A stretch of 64,000 nucleotides of DNA from Actinomycetota bacterium (GTDB taxonomy: Bacteria; Actinomycetota; Acidimicrobiia; Acidimicrobiales; SZUA-35), in contig JBCCFL010000019.1 of assembly GCA_039029735.1 (NCBI GenBank), positions 12,924 to 76,923 on the forward strand. Reading direction: 5' to 3'. Shown in pieces: positions 1 to 8,815 of this stretch. A program made the position numbers and the translations under genes. The notes beneath the pieces are model-generated. The model was not told where the DNA came from and did not search any database. It saw only the letters and a program-made list of their open reading frames with translations. The stretch's first letter is position 1. Each line of letters opens with the position of its first letter.

Positions 1-3000
1 GGTGCTGCGGACCGAGGCGATGTCAATCGTCTCGCTGTCGCCATCTCGGTTGTTCGAAATGTCGATCACCGGGAGGTCCTGGAGCGGCACGTCCTGAAGG
101 ATCTCGCCGCCACTGGTGTTCTCAGTGGCCTCGAGGGTCAGATCCGGCACCTCGGTGGGGTTCAACTGACGCAGCGCCGGCTGATCCGACACCGGCTGGG
201 CCGGTGGCCCGTAGACCACGAGGTCGTAGTCGGCGGGCAGGTCACTGAGCGACACGGCCAGGCGAGCCCCGGCCTGCAGGTCGATCCGGAAGAGATCCAC
301 ATCAGTGTCGCTGGCAATGTGGCTTGCGTAGATCGTGTTCGAGATCGCCGTGATCACGCCTGCGTCGCCGATGTCGTCGTTCGGCTCGAACGCCTGCGAC
401 ACACCGACCGATCCGGTGGCCGTGGCCTGCACGCCAGAGCCGGCGAGGCGACCGGTGGTAGTCACCGTCGACGTGCCGAGCGACAACGAGGGCACGAGAT
501 CGAACGAGACCACGTACTCACCGCCAACGTCCACGCCATTGAGGCTCCAGCTCAGCTGGTTGCCGGTGACGGTCGGCTCGCCAAAGCCATTCGGGCTGGC
601 GTTCGTGCTGATCTCGGTCAGCGTGGCCGTGTTGGGCACGTACTGGGCGTCGAGCGGGATGGTGGTAAAGATGTCGAGCGTGCGGGGCACACCAGAGTCG
701 CCACCGATCTCGAAGCCCGTGGAGAACGTAATCGGAGCCGAGGTCGAGTCGAGCTCGATGGCGCCGAGATCAACTTCAGCCCACTCGTAGGCCTCCACGC
801 CGACGAGGGCGAGGAGCAGATCGCCGAAGGTGAGGTCACCGTCGGTGCCATTGGCTACGAGCAGGTCGATCAGCTCAGCGATCGTGGTGCCGTTGTAGGT
901 GGTGAGCTCTTCGAGCGTGACATCCTGCCAGTCGCTGAAGTCGGCGAGCGTGGCCCCGCCCCAGTCGACGTCGCCTTGGCCGAGCGAGGGGTGGAAGTCG
1001 AGGATGTCGCCGAGGCGCAGCGTGCTGAGTGCGCCGAGATAGGGCCCGACCGGCTGGTTCACCGACGGGAGATCGCCGAGGATCATCCCGTCGAGCGAGC
1101 CGCCCTGGGCCACGAGGTCTTCGAGATCGACGAGGCCCTCAGCGGTCAGTTCGGCCTGAAGATCCGCCTCGTCCTCACCGGTGGCGGCGAGCAGGTCGGC
1201 CAAGGTGATCAGGGCCAGTGCCGCCGCACCAAGCTCGGTAAGCGTGGTGGAGTTGCGCTCCGGCACGCTCGGCAGCTCGGCCAAGGTCATGTCGTCGAAG
1301 GTCAAGAAATCGGCGAGCGTCGCCACCGTGCCCTGGCCGTCGATCTGGGCTCGGAGGTCGGCCTCGGAGAACCCACCGACGCCGACGAGGTCGCCGAACG
1401 TGATGCCGATGTCGAGGCCCTCGAAGTCGCCGATGGTGACCGTGGAGAGCAACGCACCGGCGTCCTGCGCGTCAGCCAAGGTGAAGTCGCCTTCGCAGTC
1501 GATCAGCGAGCAGTCGACGAAGGTGCCGATGGCGCCAACCGGAATCGCACCGACCGGGATCGCACCGACCGGGCTGGCCGCCAGGTCGATTGCGCCAACG
1601 GGAATGGCTCCGACGGGAATCGCGCCAACCGGAATGGCGCCCACAGGAATGGCGCCCACAGGAATGGCGCCCACGGGAATGGCGCCAACCGGAATGGCGC
1701 CCACAGGGATCGCACCCACCGGAATGGCGCCAACCGGGGTGGAGTCGATGTCGATGGCACCAACGGGGATCGCGCCCACGGGCGTGGAGGAGATCTCGGT
1801 GGTCTCGATGTCGATGGCACCAACGGGGATGGCACCAACCGGGATCGCACCAACCGGGATCGCACCAACCGGGATCGCACCGACCGGCGTGCCGGTGATG
1901 TCGATGGCACCAACCGGGATGGCGCCAACTGGTGAGGCGGCGACGCCGCCGTTGGCACTCAGTTCGGAGAGCTGGATGCCGCCGATGGTCTGGCCGGTCG
2001 GGCCAACGGGAATGGCTCCCACCGGCGTGCTGCCGACGTCGATCGCGCCGACGGGAATGGCCCCCACCGGGATCGCACCAACCGGGATCGCACCCACCGG
2101 GATGGCACCAACGGGCGCCCCCTGGATGAGGATGGCGCCAACGGGGATGGCACCCACCGGCGTACCGGCGATGTCGATGGCGCCCACGGGGATGGCCCCC
2201 ACCGGGATCGCACCGACGGGCACGTTGCGGATCGGGATGGCGCCAACGGGGATAGCGCCCACCGGGGTGCCCTGGATGGCGAGATCGATCAACGTGTCGC
2301 TGCTCGTGTCGGCCGCCGGGGTGGTGCTGCAGTTGTAGGTGGGGCTGATGTCGCCGAGCAGCGTGCACCAGTCCAGCCCGTCGGGCAGCGTGAGGTCGTC
2401 GAGCGTGGTGCTGGCCACGGCGATGGCGCCCACGGGGATCGCGCCGACGGGGGTGGCGCTGAGATCGAGCGTGCTGAGCTGGGCGTTGTCGAGATTGCCG
2501 GTGGAGATCGCATCGGCCAGAGTCACGTTCTGCAGCGGCAGGCCCTCGAAGTCGGTGCCGAGCAGCACCGGATCCCAGCCACCATCGATGATCACGTCCG
2601 ACAGCAGGATCGACTCCAGCAGGGGGCCGTCAAGGCCCAGGTCACCGATCGTGGTCTGGTCGAGGATCTCGCTGGGGTTGGTAGCGGTGACCGCGGCGTC
2701 CACCGAGTTGAGCGAGGTGCCCACGATGTTCTGCGAGCCGGTCCCGCCGTAGCCGTCCACCGCCGTTGGCGGCAGATCGGCCACTGAGATGCCAGTGGCG
2801 CCGGCGGTGACCGTTGGTGACCCTGGGGTGACGGTCACGCTGTCGATGGTGGAGACCACCGGCGTGCTGCCAGTCGGAATCGTGGTGGTGTAGGTGTAGG
2901 CGGCGCCACCCCTCTCACCGTTCTCGTTGTCGTCCCAGGGGGCTCCGATCACGATCTCGCCGCCAGTGATCGACACCGAGAAGCCGAAGCGTTGGTCGAA

Positions 3001-5247
3001 CAGGTTCCGGTCAGTCGCCTTGAACTCCGAGTCAAGGCTCCACAGGCCCGTGTCCGGATCACGCTTGATGATCGCGGCGCCACCGGTGCGGCCGTTGAGG
3101 CCGTCACCGTTGCCCTGGCCGGGGTGGCCGGCCACAACGATGTCGGTGTCAATCGAGAGATCGCCGGCTCCGAAGGCGTCAGAAACTCCTGGACTGGCCG
3201 ACTTGATCTTGACCGGGGCCCCGAAGAGGCCTGGGGCGGTCTGCTCATAGATCCACACGGCACCGGAGAAGTCCGCGTTGTCGGAGTCGTGCACGGCGAT
3301 GGCGAGCGTGTCGCCTTCGAGGTCAACGGAGTCGCCGAAGAAGAAGTCTTGGGTGGTGTTGGTGTCGGGGTTGGTCAAGGTGCTGTCGAGCATCCACCCG
3401 TCGATCGGGTCGTCGACGTACACGCCAACGGTGCCGAGGCCGTTGGGGTCGACGAAATCGCGATAGCTCACCACCATCACGTCACCCTCGACAGCGACGT
3501 CGTCGGTCTCCTCGGTCGCCCCGCCCGCGGGAAGCACCAAGGAGGTGTTGGCCACGATGTCGTAGACCCCGAACGAGGAGGTGTTCGAGCTCCCCGCGAC
3601 CAGGGTGGTTCCATCGAGGTCGATGGTGGTGAGATTCGTGCCGCCGCCGAGTGCCACGTTCACGTCGGTGACGAAGGCGTAGTCGCTTCCAGCAGCCGGG
3701 CGCTCGTAGATGTCCACCCGGTTGTCGTTGATCGAGCCCACAGCGAGTCGGTTGCCGTCCGTGGCGAGAAGCCCACCGAAGCGTCCACCGTTGTCGGGGT
3801 TGGGTGGTGTGAGCACCTGCTCGATCACCGTGTAGTTGCCGGCACCGTCGGCCGAGCGCACCTCGACGCGGCCGTCGTCGTCGTTGCCGAAGGGGTCGCC
3901 GACGAGCACCACGCCGTCGGCGGCGGCCACGGCCTGACCGTAGAACCGGCTGAGGGGGCCCTCGGTCGACACCGTCTTGTTGGCGGGCGCCGTGGGCTGG
4001 CGAATGTAGAACGGATACACGGCACCGCCGTTGGACTTCACCGGGTCGCCGGCAACGGGCGGGTCGATGTCGGCACCGATGGCCCCGGCCAGCAGGTACA
4101 CGCCCTCCTCGACGGTGCCGATGGTCTCACTGAAGATGGCGACGCTGTGACCGAGCTGGTCGTTGCTGGCGCCGTCGTAGGCGGTCAGGGCCTCCACCTC
4201 GGTCCACGTTCCGCCCACGTCTTCCATGACGTAGACCACGCCGCCGCCGACAATCGCCGGCGCACCGACGGCCAGCAGCCCCGACCTGGAGTCATAGTCG
4301 ATGTCGCGGCCGTAGGCGCCTTCGGTGGGCAGCGTGCTGGAGACGACCTTCTGCGGCGAGTTCGGCCCGGAACCGTCCACGTCGTAGACCCACACTGCGC
4401 CAGCCCCGGCGTGCCCCACGAAGAGCACGTCGGTGTCAGCGGCCAGTGATCGACCGAACTCATTGCCGGTGGTCGTGGTGGGTTCCGGGTTGGTCAGGGT
4501 GAAGTCGACGGCCGTGTTCCACGTGCCGCCGCTCTTCTTGTAGAAGTAGACGGATCCGTCGCCGTTGTCGGGGGCACCGACGGCGATGAAGGCCTCGTCG
4601 CCGCCACCACCGAAGTCGGGGGAGATCACCACGTCGTTGCGCTCGGTGGTGATCGTGGTGGGCACCACGAGCGTGGCCTCGGAGTTCCAGATGAAGCCCG
4701 TGGTGGTCTTGCGGAAGACCTCGGCCTCGGCCGCGCCCTGGCGCAAGATGACGGCCTCGTCGTCCTCGATGTCGACGGCCTCGGTGTTGCTCCGGGCGTA
4801 GGCCACCACGCTGGTGAACGGCGACGAGGCGTCGGGCCGCTCCCAGAACTGCAGGATGTTGTCGCCAGCCACCACCACGTTGTTGCCACTGATGGCAACG
4901 GCCTGGCCGTACTCGGCCTGATCGGACGGGGTCAGGGTGTCGAAGAACAAGGTCTGGATCACGGTCCAGAAGCCGTCGGTGTTCTGCAGGACGTAGGCCT
5001 CGCCGGGGCTGCCGAAGTTGTCGCGGGCGCCCACCACGGCGAAGTCGCCGTCGATGTCGATGTCTGCGCCGAAGTTGGACGGATCGGTGAAGTCGTTGGT
5101 GATCCGCTCCAGTGGCACCTCCGACGCCTCAACCGCACTGAGCGGCAGCACCGACAGCGTTGACGCGATCAGGGCGAGCGAGGCCCCGATGATCCAGAAC
5201 CGACGGCTACCCGCGCTGCGACGACGCGCACCAAGAACTGCCCTCAT
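1..5247 (-). CDS. Giant secreted/cell-surface protein. N-terminus is complete and the C-terminus runs off the window (>=1749 aa). Contains a signal peptide, FG-GAP/integrin-alpha-like repeats, a PVGAI pentapeptide array and a PPC (pre-peptidase C-terminal) domain
   Basis: Absent from the ORF track because there is no stop inside the window. My manual minus-strand translation from ATG 5247-5245 (GGAAGGG SD-like run ~10 nt upstream) stays open to base 1 (5247 nt = 1749 codons). N-terminus MRAVLGARRRSAGSRRFWIIGASLALIASTLSVLPLSAVEA is signal-peptide-like. FG-GAP-type units occur, e.g. FDQRFGFSVSITGGEIVIGAPWDDNENGERGGAAYTY (from nt 3000 downward). A PPC-like stretch FEPNDDIGDAGVI...DTDVDLFRIDLQAGARLAVSLSDLPADYDLVVYG lies at about nt 395-200. 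Confidence 0.85.
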   Translation of the reverse strand, partial: MRAVLGARRRSAGSRRFWIIGASLALIASTLSVLPLSAVEASEVPLERITNDFTDPSNFGADIDIDGDFAVVGARDNFGSPGEAYVLQNTDGFWTVIQTLFFDTLTPSDQAEYGQAVAISGNNVVVAGDNILQFWERPDASSPFTSVVAYARSNTEAVDIEDDEAVILRQGAAEAEVFRKTTTGFIWNSEATLVVPTTITTERNDVVISPDFGGGGDEAFIAVGAPDNGDGSVYFYKKSGGTWNTAVDFTLTNPEPTTTTGNEFGRSLAADTDVLFVGHAGAGAVWVYDVDGSGPNSPQKVVSSTLPTEGAYGRDIDYDSRSGLLAVGAPAIVGGGVVYVMEDVGGTWTEVEALTAYDGASNDQLGHSVAIFSETIGTVEEGVYLLAGAIGADIDPPVAGDPVKSNGGAVYPFYIRQPTAPANKTVSTEGPLSRFYGQAVAAADGVVLVGDPFGNDDDGRVEVRSADGAGNYTVIEQVLTPPNPDNGGRFGGLLATDGNRLAVGSINDNRVDIYERPAAGSDYAFVTDVNVALGGGTNLTTIDLDGTTLVAGSSNTSSFGVYDIVANTSLVLPAGGATEETDDVAVEGDVMVVSYRDFVDPNGLGTVGVYVDDPIDGWMLDSTLTNPDTNTTQDFFFGDSVDLEGDTLAIAVHDSDNADFSGAVWIYEQTAPGLFGAPVKIKSASPGVSDAFGAGDLSIDTDIVVAGHPGQGNGDGLNGRTGGAAIIKRDPDTGLWSLDSEFKATDRNLFDQRFGFSVSITGGEIVIGAPWDDNENGERGGAAYTYTTTIPTGSTPVVSTIDSVTVTPGSPTVTAGATGISVADLPPTAVDGYGGTGSQNIVGTSLNSVDAAVTATNPSEILDQTTIGDLGLDGPLLESILLSDVIIDGGWDPVLLGTDFEGLPLQNVTLADAISTGNLDNAQLSTLDLSATPVGAIPVGAIAVASTTLDDLTLPDGLDWCTLLGDISPTYNCSTTPAADTSSDTLIDLAIQGTPVGAIPVGAIPIRNVPVGAIPVGAIPVGAIDIAGTPVGAIPVGAILIQGAPVGAIPVGAIPVGAIPVGAIPVGAIDVGSTPVGAIPVGPTGQTIGGIQLSELSANGGVAASPVGAIPVGAIDITGTPVGAIPVGAIPVGAIPVGAIPVGAIDIETTEISSTPVGAIPVGAIDIDSTPVGAIPVGAIPVGAIPVGAIPVGAIPVGAIPVGAIPVGAIPVGAIPVGAIDLAASPVGAIPVGAIPVGAIGTFVDCSLIDCEGDFTLADAQDAGALLSTVTIGDFEGLDIGITFGDLVGVGGFSEADLRAQIDGQGTVATLADFLTFDDMTLAELPSVPERNSTTLTELGAAALALITLADLLAATGEDEADLQAELTAEGLVDLEDLVAQGGSLDGMILGDLPSVNQPVGPYLGALSTLRLGDILDFHPSLGQGDVDWGGATLADFSDWQDVTLEELTTYNGTTIAELIDLLVANGTDGDLTFGDLLLALVGVEAYEWAEVDLGAIELDSTSAPITFSTGFEIGGDSGVPRTLDIFTTIPLDAQYVPNTATLTEISTNASPNGFGEPTVTGNQLSWSLNGVDVGGEYVVSFDLVPSLSLGTSTVTTTGRLAGSGVQATATGSVGVSQAFEPNDDIGDAGVITAISNTIYASHIASDTDVDLFRIDLQAGARLAVSLSDLPADYDLVVYGPPAQPVSDQPALRQLNPTEVPDLTLEATENTSGGEILQDVPLQDLPVIDISNNRDGDSETIDIASVRST
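1528..2456 (-). repeat. Intragenic tandem array with 15-bp period, encoding ~37 copies of the pentapeptide P-V-G-A-I
   Basis: Minus-strand translation gives runs such as TPVGAIPVGAIPVGAIPVGAIPVGAIDIETT, plus one 10-copy run. Blocks of 2-10 units are joined by D-[IVL]-x-x-[ST] linkers. The periodicity also shows in the antisense ORF-track entry 1181..2338 as APTG[IM] repeats. Units differ mostly at synonymous positions (ccggttggcgccatt / cccgtgggcgccatt / ccggtgggtgcgatc). Confidence 0.9.
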
Positions 5248-5358
5248 ACAACAAACGCCCTTCCGCTAGATCGACCGGGGGAAGCCGATCTCGGCACGCA
5301 AGATAGCGGTCACCACCGGGGGTCTGTCCAGTGACGCGCCGTGGTCGGAGGCCACAAC

Positions 5359-5376
5359 GTGCGGATTCTTCCGCAC
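5359..5376 (-). terminator. Candidate hairpin terminator downstream of the MaoC-like gene
   Basis: gtgcgga-ttct-tccgcac forms a perfect 7-bp stem with a 4-nt loop. It lies 47 nt after the stop at 5423. On the minus strand it is followed by GTTGTGG, which is only a weak U-tract. Confidence 0.35.
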
Positions 5377-5422
5377 AAGACCAATCCACCCCTACCAGGG
5401 CAAGCAGCCGAATCTGGCGACG

Positions 5423-6334
5423 TCACGGCCTCGACGAGGTACCGCGGAGGACCACCAGACCGTCACGCACCGCGGTTTCCCCGGCCTGGTTCATCACCTC
5501 GAATGGCACCGTCAATCGGCCGTCTACTGTGGGGTTGGCAGGCCATACCCGCACGGTGAGGGTGTCGGGAAGCCGGACCATTGCGGCGAACCGGCAGGCG
5601 ATCCTGCGCACCCGACGAGGATCGCCTCCCCCGGCGGTGTCGATCACCGCCGTCACGCCGTGGGCGAGGTTGGCGGTGCCGTGAAGGATGATGTCGGGCA
5701 GCCCGGCGTCGAGGGCCACCTGCTTGCTGGTGTGGATCGGGTTCCAGATCCTGGCGCACTCGGTGTAGGTGTGAGCTGCGCCGGCCGGCACCGGGATCGT
5801 GACCTCGGTTGGGGTGCCACGGCGCTCGACGCCCTCGATCGAAGCGGGCGGTTCCGGATCGGGGTGGTCGTCGCCGGCCAGCGGTACCCCGAGGTAGATC
5901 CCGTTCTGGGTGGTGGTCGCCACCGGTTCGCCGGCGGCGTCCACGGTGCGGAGCCGGGTGATCGACATGGCGCCGGGCGATTTCTGCACGAGGCCGACCG
6001 TCTCCATGGTGGTGGTGAGCCGATCGCCGGGCCGGACCAGCCGATGGATCTCGGTGTCGTGGGTGGCGTGCACCGACGTGATCACCTCAGCCGCCGACAC
6101 CCCAGCCGCCTCGGTGGCCGCCCGGCTCGACACGATCACCGGCCATTCGGCGCACACCACGAACACCGGATGGGCCACCACCCCATCAGCACTGGTGGTG
6201 TCGTGATAGGCCGGGCGGCAGTCGTCGAGGGCGGCCGCGTAGGCCATGGTCCATCGGTCGTCCACGTCGTGCACCAGCGGCGGGACGGTCATGTCCACGA
6301 GTTCGGTCGGGATGGCCATGGCCGATCTTTGCAT
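5423..6334 (-). CDS. MaoC-like (R)-hydratase/dehydratase, double hotdog fold
   Basis: Taken from ORF 5423..6562(-). The first 76 codons are Arg-rich and overlap the divergent azlC, so I moved the start to ATG 6334, which has a G-rich SD-like run upstream (alternative ATG 6319). The C-terminal half carries ...YTECARIWNPIHTSKQVALDAGLPDIILHGTANLAHG, a MaoC NPxH-type hydratase motif. Confidence 0.7.
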   Translation of the reverse strand: MQRSAMAIPTELVDMTVPPLVHDVDDRWTMAYAAALDDCRPAYHDTTSADGVVAHPVFVVCAEWPVIVSSRAATEAAGVSAAEVITSVHATHDTEIHRLVRPGDRLTTTMETVGLVQKSPGAMSITRLRTVDAAGEPVATTTQNGIYLGVPLAGDDHPDPEPPASIEGVERRGTPTEVTIPVPAGAAHTYTECARIWNPIHTSKQVALDAGLPDIILHGTANLAHGVTAVIDTAGGGDPRRVRRIACRFAAMVRLPDTLTVRVWPANPTVDGRLTVPFEVMNQAGETAVRDGLVVLRGTSSRP

Positions 6335-6450
6335 CCGCCCCCACCCCACCACCAGTGGGCAGGGCCGAACCAAAGCACAGTCCAATTCGGTTGTTGCCCG
6401 CGGCCGTCGCCAGTACAACCGACGGATCGTGCTCTCCCCTCGCCCGAACC

Positions 6451-7233
6451 ATGGCTGACTCGCTCGACGGCGAACCGTCCGAGGCCGATCACGCCGAGAC
6501 CGACGATTCACCTCGCGGTGCAATCCTGCGGCAGGTCCTGTCGATATCGCTGGCCGTCTCACCGTTCGGCGTGGCGTTCGGCGTCGCTGCCCGCCAGGCC
6601 GGGTTGTCCGTCATCGAGGCGATGGGGTTCTCGTTGCTCGTGTTCACCGGCGGAGCCCAGTTCGCTGCCATCAGCGTGCTCCGTGATGCGGGGCCGGATG
6701 CCCCGCTCGTGGTCACGGTGGCTGCTGCGGTGGGGGCGGCGCTGCTGCTGAACCTGCGCACACTGGCGTTCGGGGTGGTGATGGCCCCTGCGCTGAAGGG
6801 CTCGCTGGGGTTCCGAGCCTTCGCGTCGTTCTTCATGATCGACGAGACCACCGCCGTTGGTTCGGCCCAGGCCGACCGACGATGGCAGCGCTACGGCTAT
6901 CTCGTCTGCGGTGTGATCCTGTTCATCTTCTGGAACACCTCCACCTTGCTGGGTGCGTCGGTGCTCGGCGGGGCGGGGTCGGTGATCGAGACCTACGGGT
7001 TCGACGCCACCATCCCTGCATCGTTCCTTGCGCTGTTATGGCCACGGCTGCACGATCCCCGCCAGCGCCTCATCGCGATCGTGGGCGGGATCATCGCCGT
7101 AGCCGGCGCCCCGGTGCTGCCACCGGGCATGCCGATCATCGCCGCCGGTGCCGCCGTGGTGCTCGTGCGCCCGTGGCGAACCCCCGACGCTGCGCCCGAG
7201 CCGAGCGCCGAGCCCGAGGGGGAGCCGTCATGA
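6451..7233 (+). CDS. azlC: AzlC family branched-chain amino acid exporter subunit
   Basis: The frame of ORF 6355..7233 was trimmed to ATG 6451 (MADSLDGEPSE...). Motif LAVSPFGVAFGVAARQAGLSVIEAMGFSLLVFTGGAQFAA and multiple TM segments are present. The stop overlaps the azlD start (ATGA at 7230-7233). Confidence 0.8.
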   Translation: MADSLDGEPSEADHAETDDSPRGAILRQVLSISLAVSPFGVAFGVAARQAGLSVIEAMGFSLLVFTGGAQFAAISVLRDAGPDAPLVVTVAAAVGAALLLNLRTLAFGVVMAPALKGSLGFRAFASFFMIDETTAVGSAQADRRWQRYGYLVCGVILFIFWNTSTLLGASVLGGAGSVIETYGFDATIPASFLALLWPRLHDPRQRLIAIVGGIIAVAGAPVLPPGMPIIAAGAAVVLVRPWRTPDAAPEPSAEPEGEPS

Positions 7234-7547
7234 GCCTTGCGGTGGTCACCCTCGTGACGTTGGCCATCGGTGCCTACGCCCTCAAGGCGGCTGGACCGCT
7301 GCTGCTGGGCGGGGATCGCCGCCTCCCGCCCGTGGTGGAGCGCATGGCGCTGCTGTTGCCGGCGCCGCTGCTCGCTGCGCTGGTGGCCGTGTCGACCTTC
7401 GTCGCCGATCAGGAGTGGTCGCTCGATGCCAGGGCAGTGGGCATCGTCGCCGCCGGCCTTGCGCTGTGGCGCCGCTTGCCGTTCGTGGTCGTGGTGCTGA
7501 TCGCGGCGGCCGCCACCGCCATCACCCGCGCCCTCGTTGGCGGCTGA
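7230..7547 (+). CDS. azlD: AzlD-like small membrane protein
   Basis: This is the C-terminal part of ORF 6882..7547, starting at ATG 7230 (MSLAVVTLVTLAIGAYALKAAGPLLLGG...). It is ~105 aa and hydrophobic, and is ATGA-coupled to azlC. Confidence 0.7.
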   Translation: MSLAVVTLVTLAIGAYALKAAGPLLLGGDRRLPPVVERMALLLPAPLLAALVAVSTFVADQEWSLDARAVGIVAAGLALWRRLPFVVVVLIAAAATAITRALVGG

Positions 7548-7648
7548 CGCACAGCTCCTCTCGGCCGGGCTCACTCTGCCCGTGGTGCCGGTTGCACTCA
7601 GCCGCATCCACTCCGAGAGCAGGACACGGCGGCACTAGGGTGGCGCCC

Positions 7649-8815
7649 ATGCGGCTCACCCAGCGCACTCTCCAGCTCACGGCGTCGCCCATCGCCGAGG
7701 CGCACGACTGGCTCGCCCACCGCACGAGTACGCGGCCGCTGCTCGACCTCTCTCAAGCGGCCCCGTCGTATCCGACGGCGCCGGAGATCGCGGCCCGTAT
7801 CGCCGAGGTGGCCCACTCCGGTGACGGCGGCCGCTACGCCCCACCGCCCGGGCTCCCCGAGCTCCGCGAGGCGTTCGCCGCCGAGCTGACCACCGACTAC
7901 CGCTCACCCATCAGCCCTGAGCAGATCCTGCCCACCAGCGGATGCAACCAAGCATTCTGTGTGGTGACCTCCGCCCTCACCGAGCCGGGCGACGAGGTGA
8001 TCATGGCGGTGCCGTACTACTTCAACCACGACATGTGGCTGAAGCTCGACGGCGTCACGCCCGTGTACCTCACCCCGGGCGCTGACCTCGTGCCCGACCC
8101 CGAGGCCGCCCGGGCGCTGATCACTGAACGCACGGCAGCGATCGTGATCGTCACGCCCGGCAACCCGACGGGTGTGACGATCCCGCCGCTGGTGATCGAG
8201 GCCTTCGCCGATGTTGCCGTCGAGCACGACATTGCTCTGATCGTGGACGAGACCTACCGGAACTTCCGGGCGGTCACCGACCCACCCCATGCCGTGTTCG
8301 CACGGAGCGCGTGGCCCGATCACGTGGTGAGCCTGCACAGCTTCTCGAAGGATCTGGCCATCCCGGGATACCGGGTGGGGGCGGTCGTCGCTGGGCCAGA
8401 GGTGATCTACGAGGTGCTGAAGCTGGTCGATTGCGTGCAGATCAGCGCGCCCCGCATCGGCCAGGAGGCCGTGATCGCCGGCCTTCGCCACGCCCGCGAC
8501 TGGCGTCGCACCCAAGTGGCACGAATCGCCGCCGCCCAGGCGGTGTTCGAAGCCGTCATGGCCGAGCGGCCAGGTGGGTTCGAGCTGGCGTCAGCCGGTG
8601 CGTTCTTCGGCTGGGCCCGCCATCCCTTCGCCGATATGGACACGGCCGAAGTGATCAAACGGCTCGTACTCGACCACGACGTGCTGGCCATCCCCGGCAC
8701 GGCGTTCACGCCGAGCGACGAGCGCTGGGTGCGGTTCAGCTTCGCCAACCTCGACGAACCCGAGCTCCACGAACTTGGCATCCGCCTCTCCGAGATGGGC
8801 GCCCGGCTGACCTGA
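7649..8815 (+). CDS. PLP-dependent aminotransferase, class I/II
   Basis: The frame of ORF 7148..8815 was trimmed to ATG 7649 (MRLTQRTLQLTASPIAEAHDW...). Motifs: GCNQAF, TPGNPTG, and HSFSKDLAIPGYRVG, which is the SxSK Schiff-base lysine motif. Confidence 0.85.
   Translation: MRLTQRTLQLTASPIAEAHDWLAHRTSTRPLLDLSQAAPSYPTAPEIAARIAEVAHSGDGGRYAPPPGLPELREAFAAELTTDYRSPISPEQILPTSGCNQAFCVVTSALTEPGDEVIMAVPYYFNHDMWLKLDGVTPVYLTPGADLVPDPEAARALITERTAAIVIVTPGNPTGVTIPPLVIEAFADVAVEHDIALIVDETYRNFRAVTDPPHAVFARSAWPDHVVSLHSFSKDLAIPGYRVGAVVAGPEVIYEVLKLVDCVQISAPRIGQEAVIAGLRHARDWRRTQVARIAAAQAVFEAVMAERPGGFELASAGAFFGWARHPFADMDTAEVIKRLVLDHDVLAIPGTAFTPSDERWVRFSFANLDEPELHELGIRLSEMGARLT

Noticed and set aside
1528-2456. 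A regular 15-bp periodic region that could be mistaken for a CRISPR array or a non-coding satellite.
   Set aside because: The period is too short, and there are no unique spacers. The array lies in an uninterrupted reading frame encoding PVGAI units, with variation biased towards synonymous sites.
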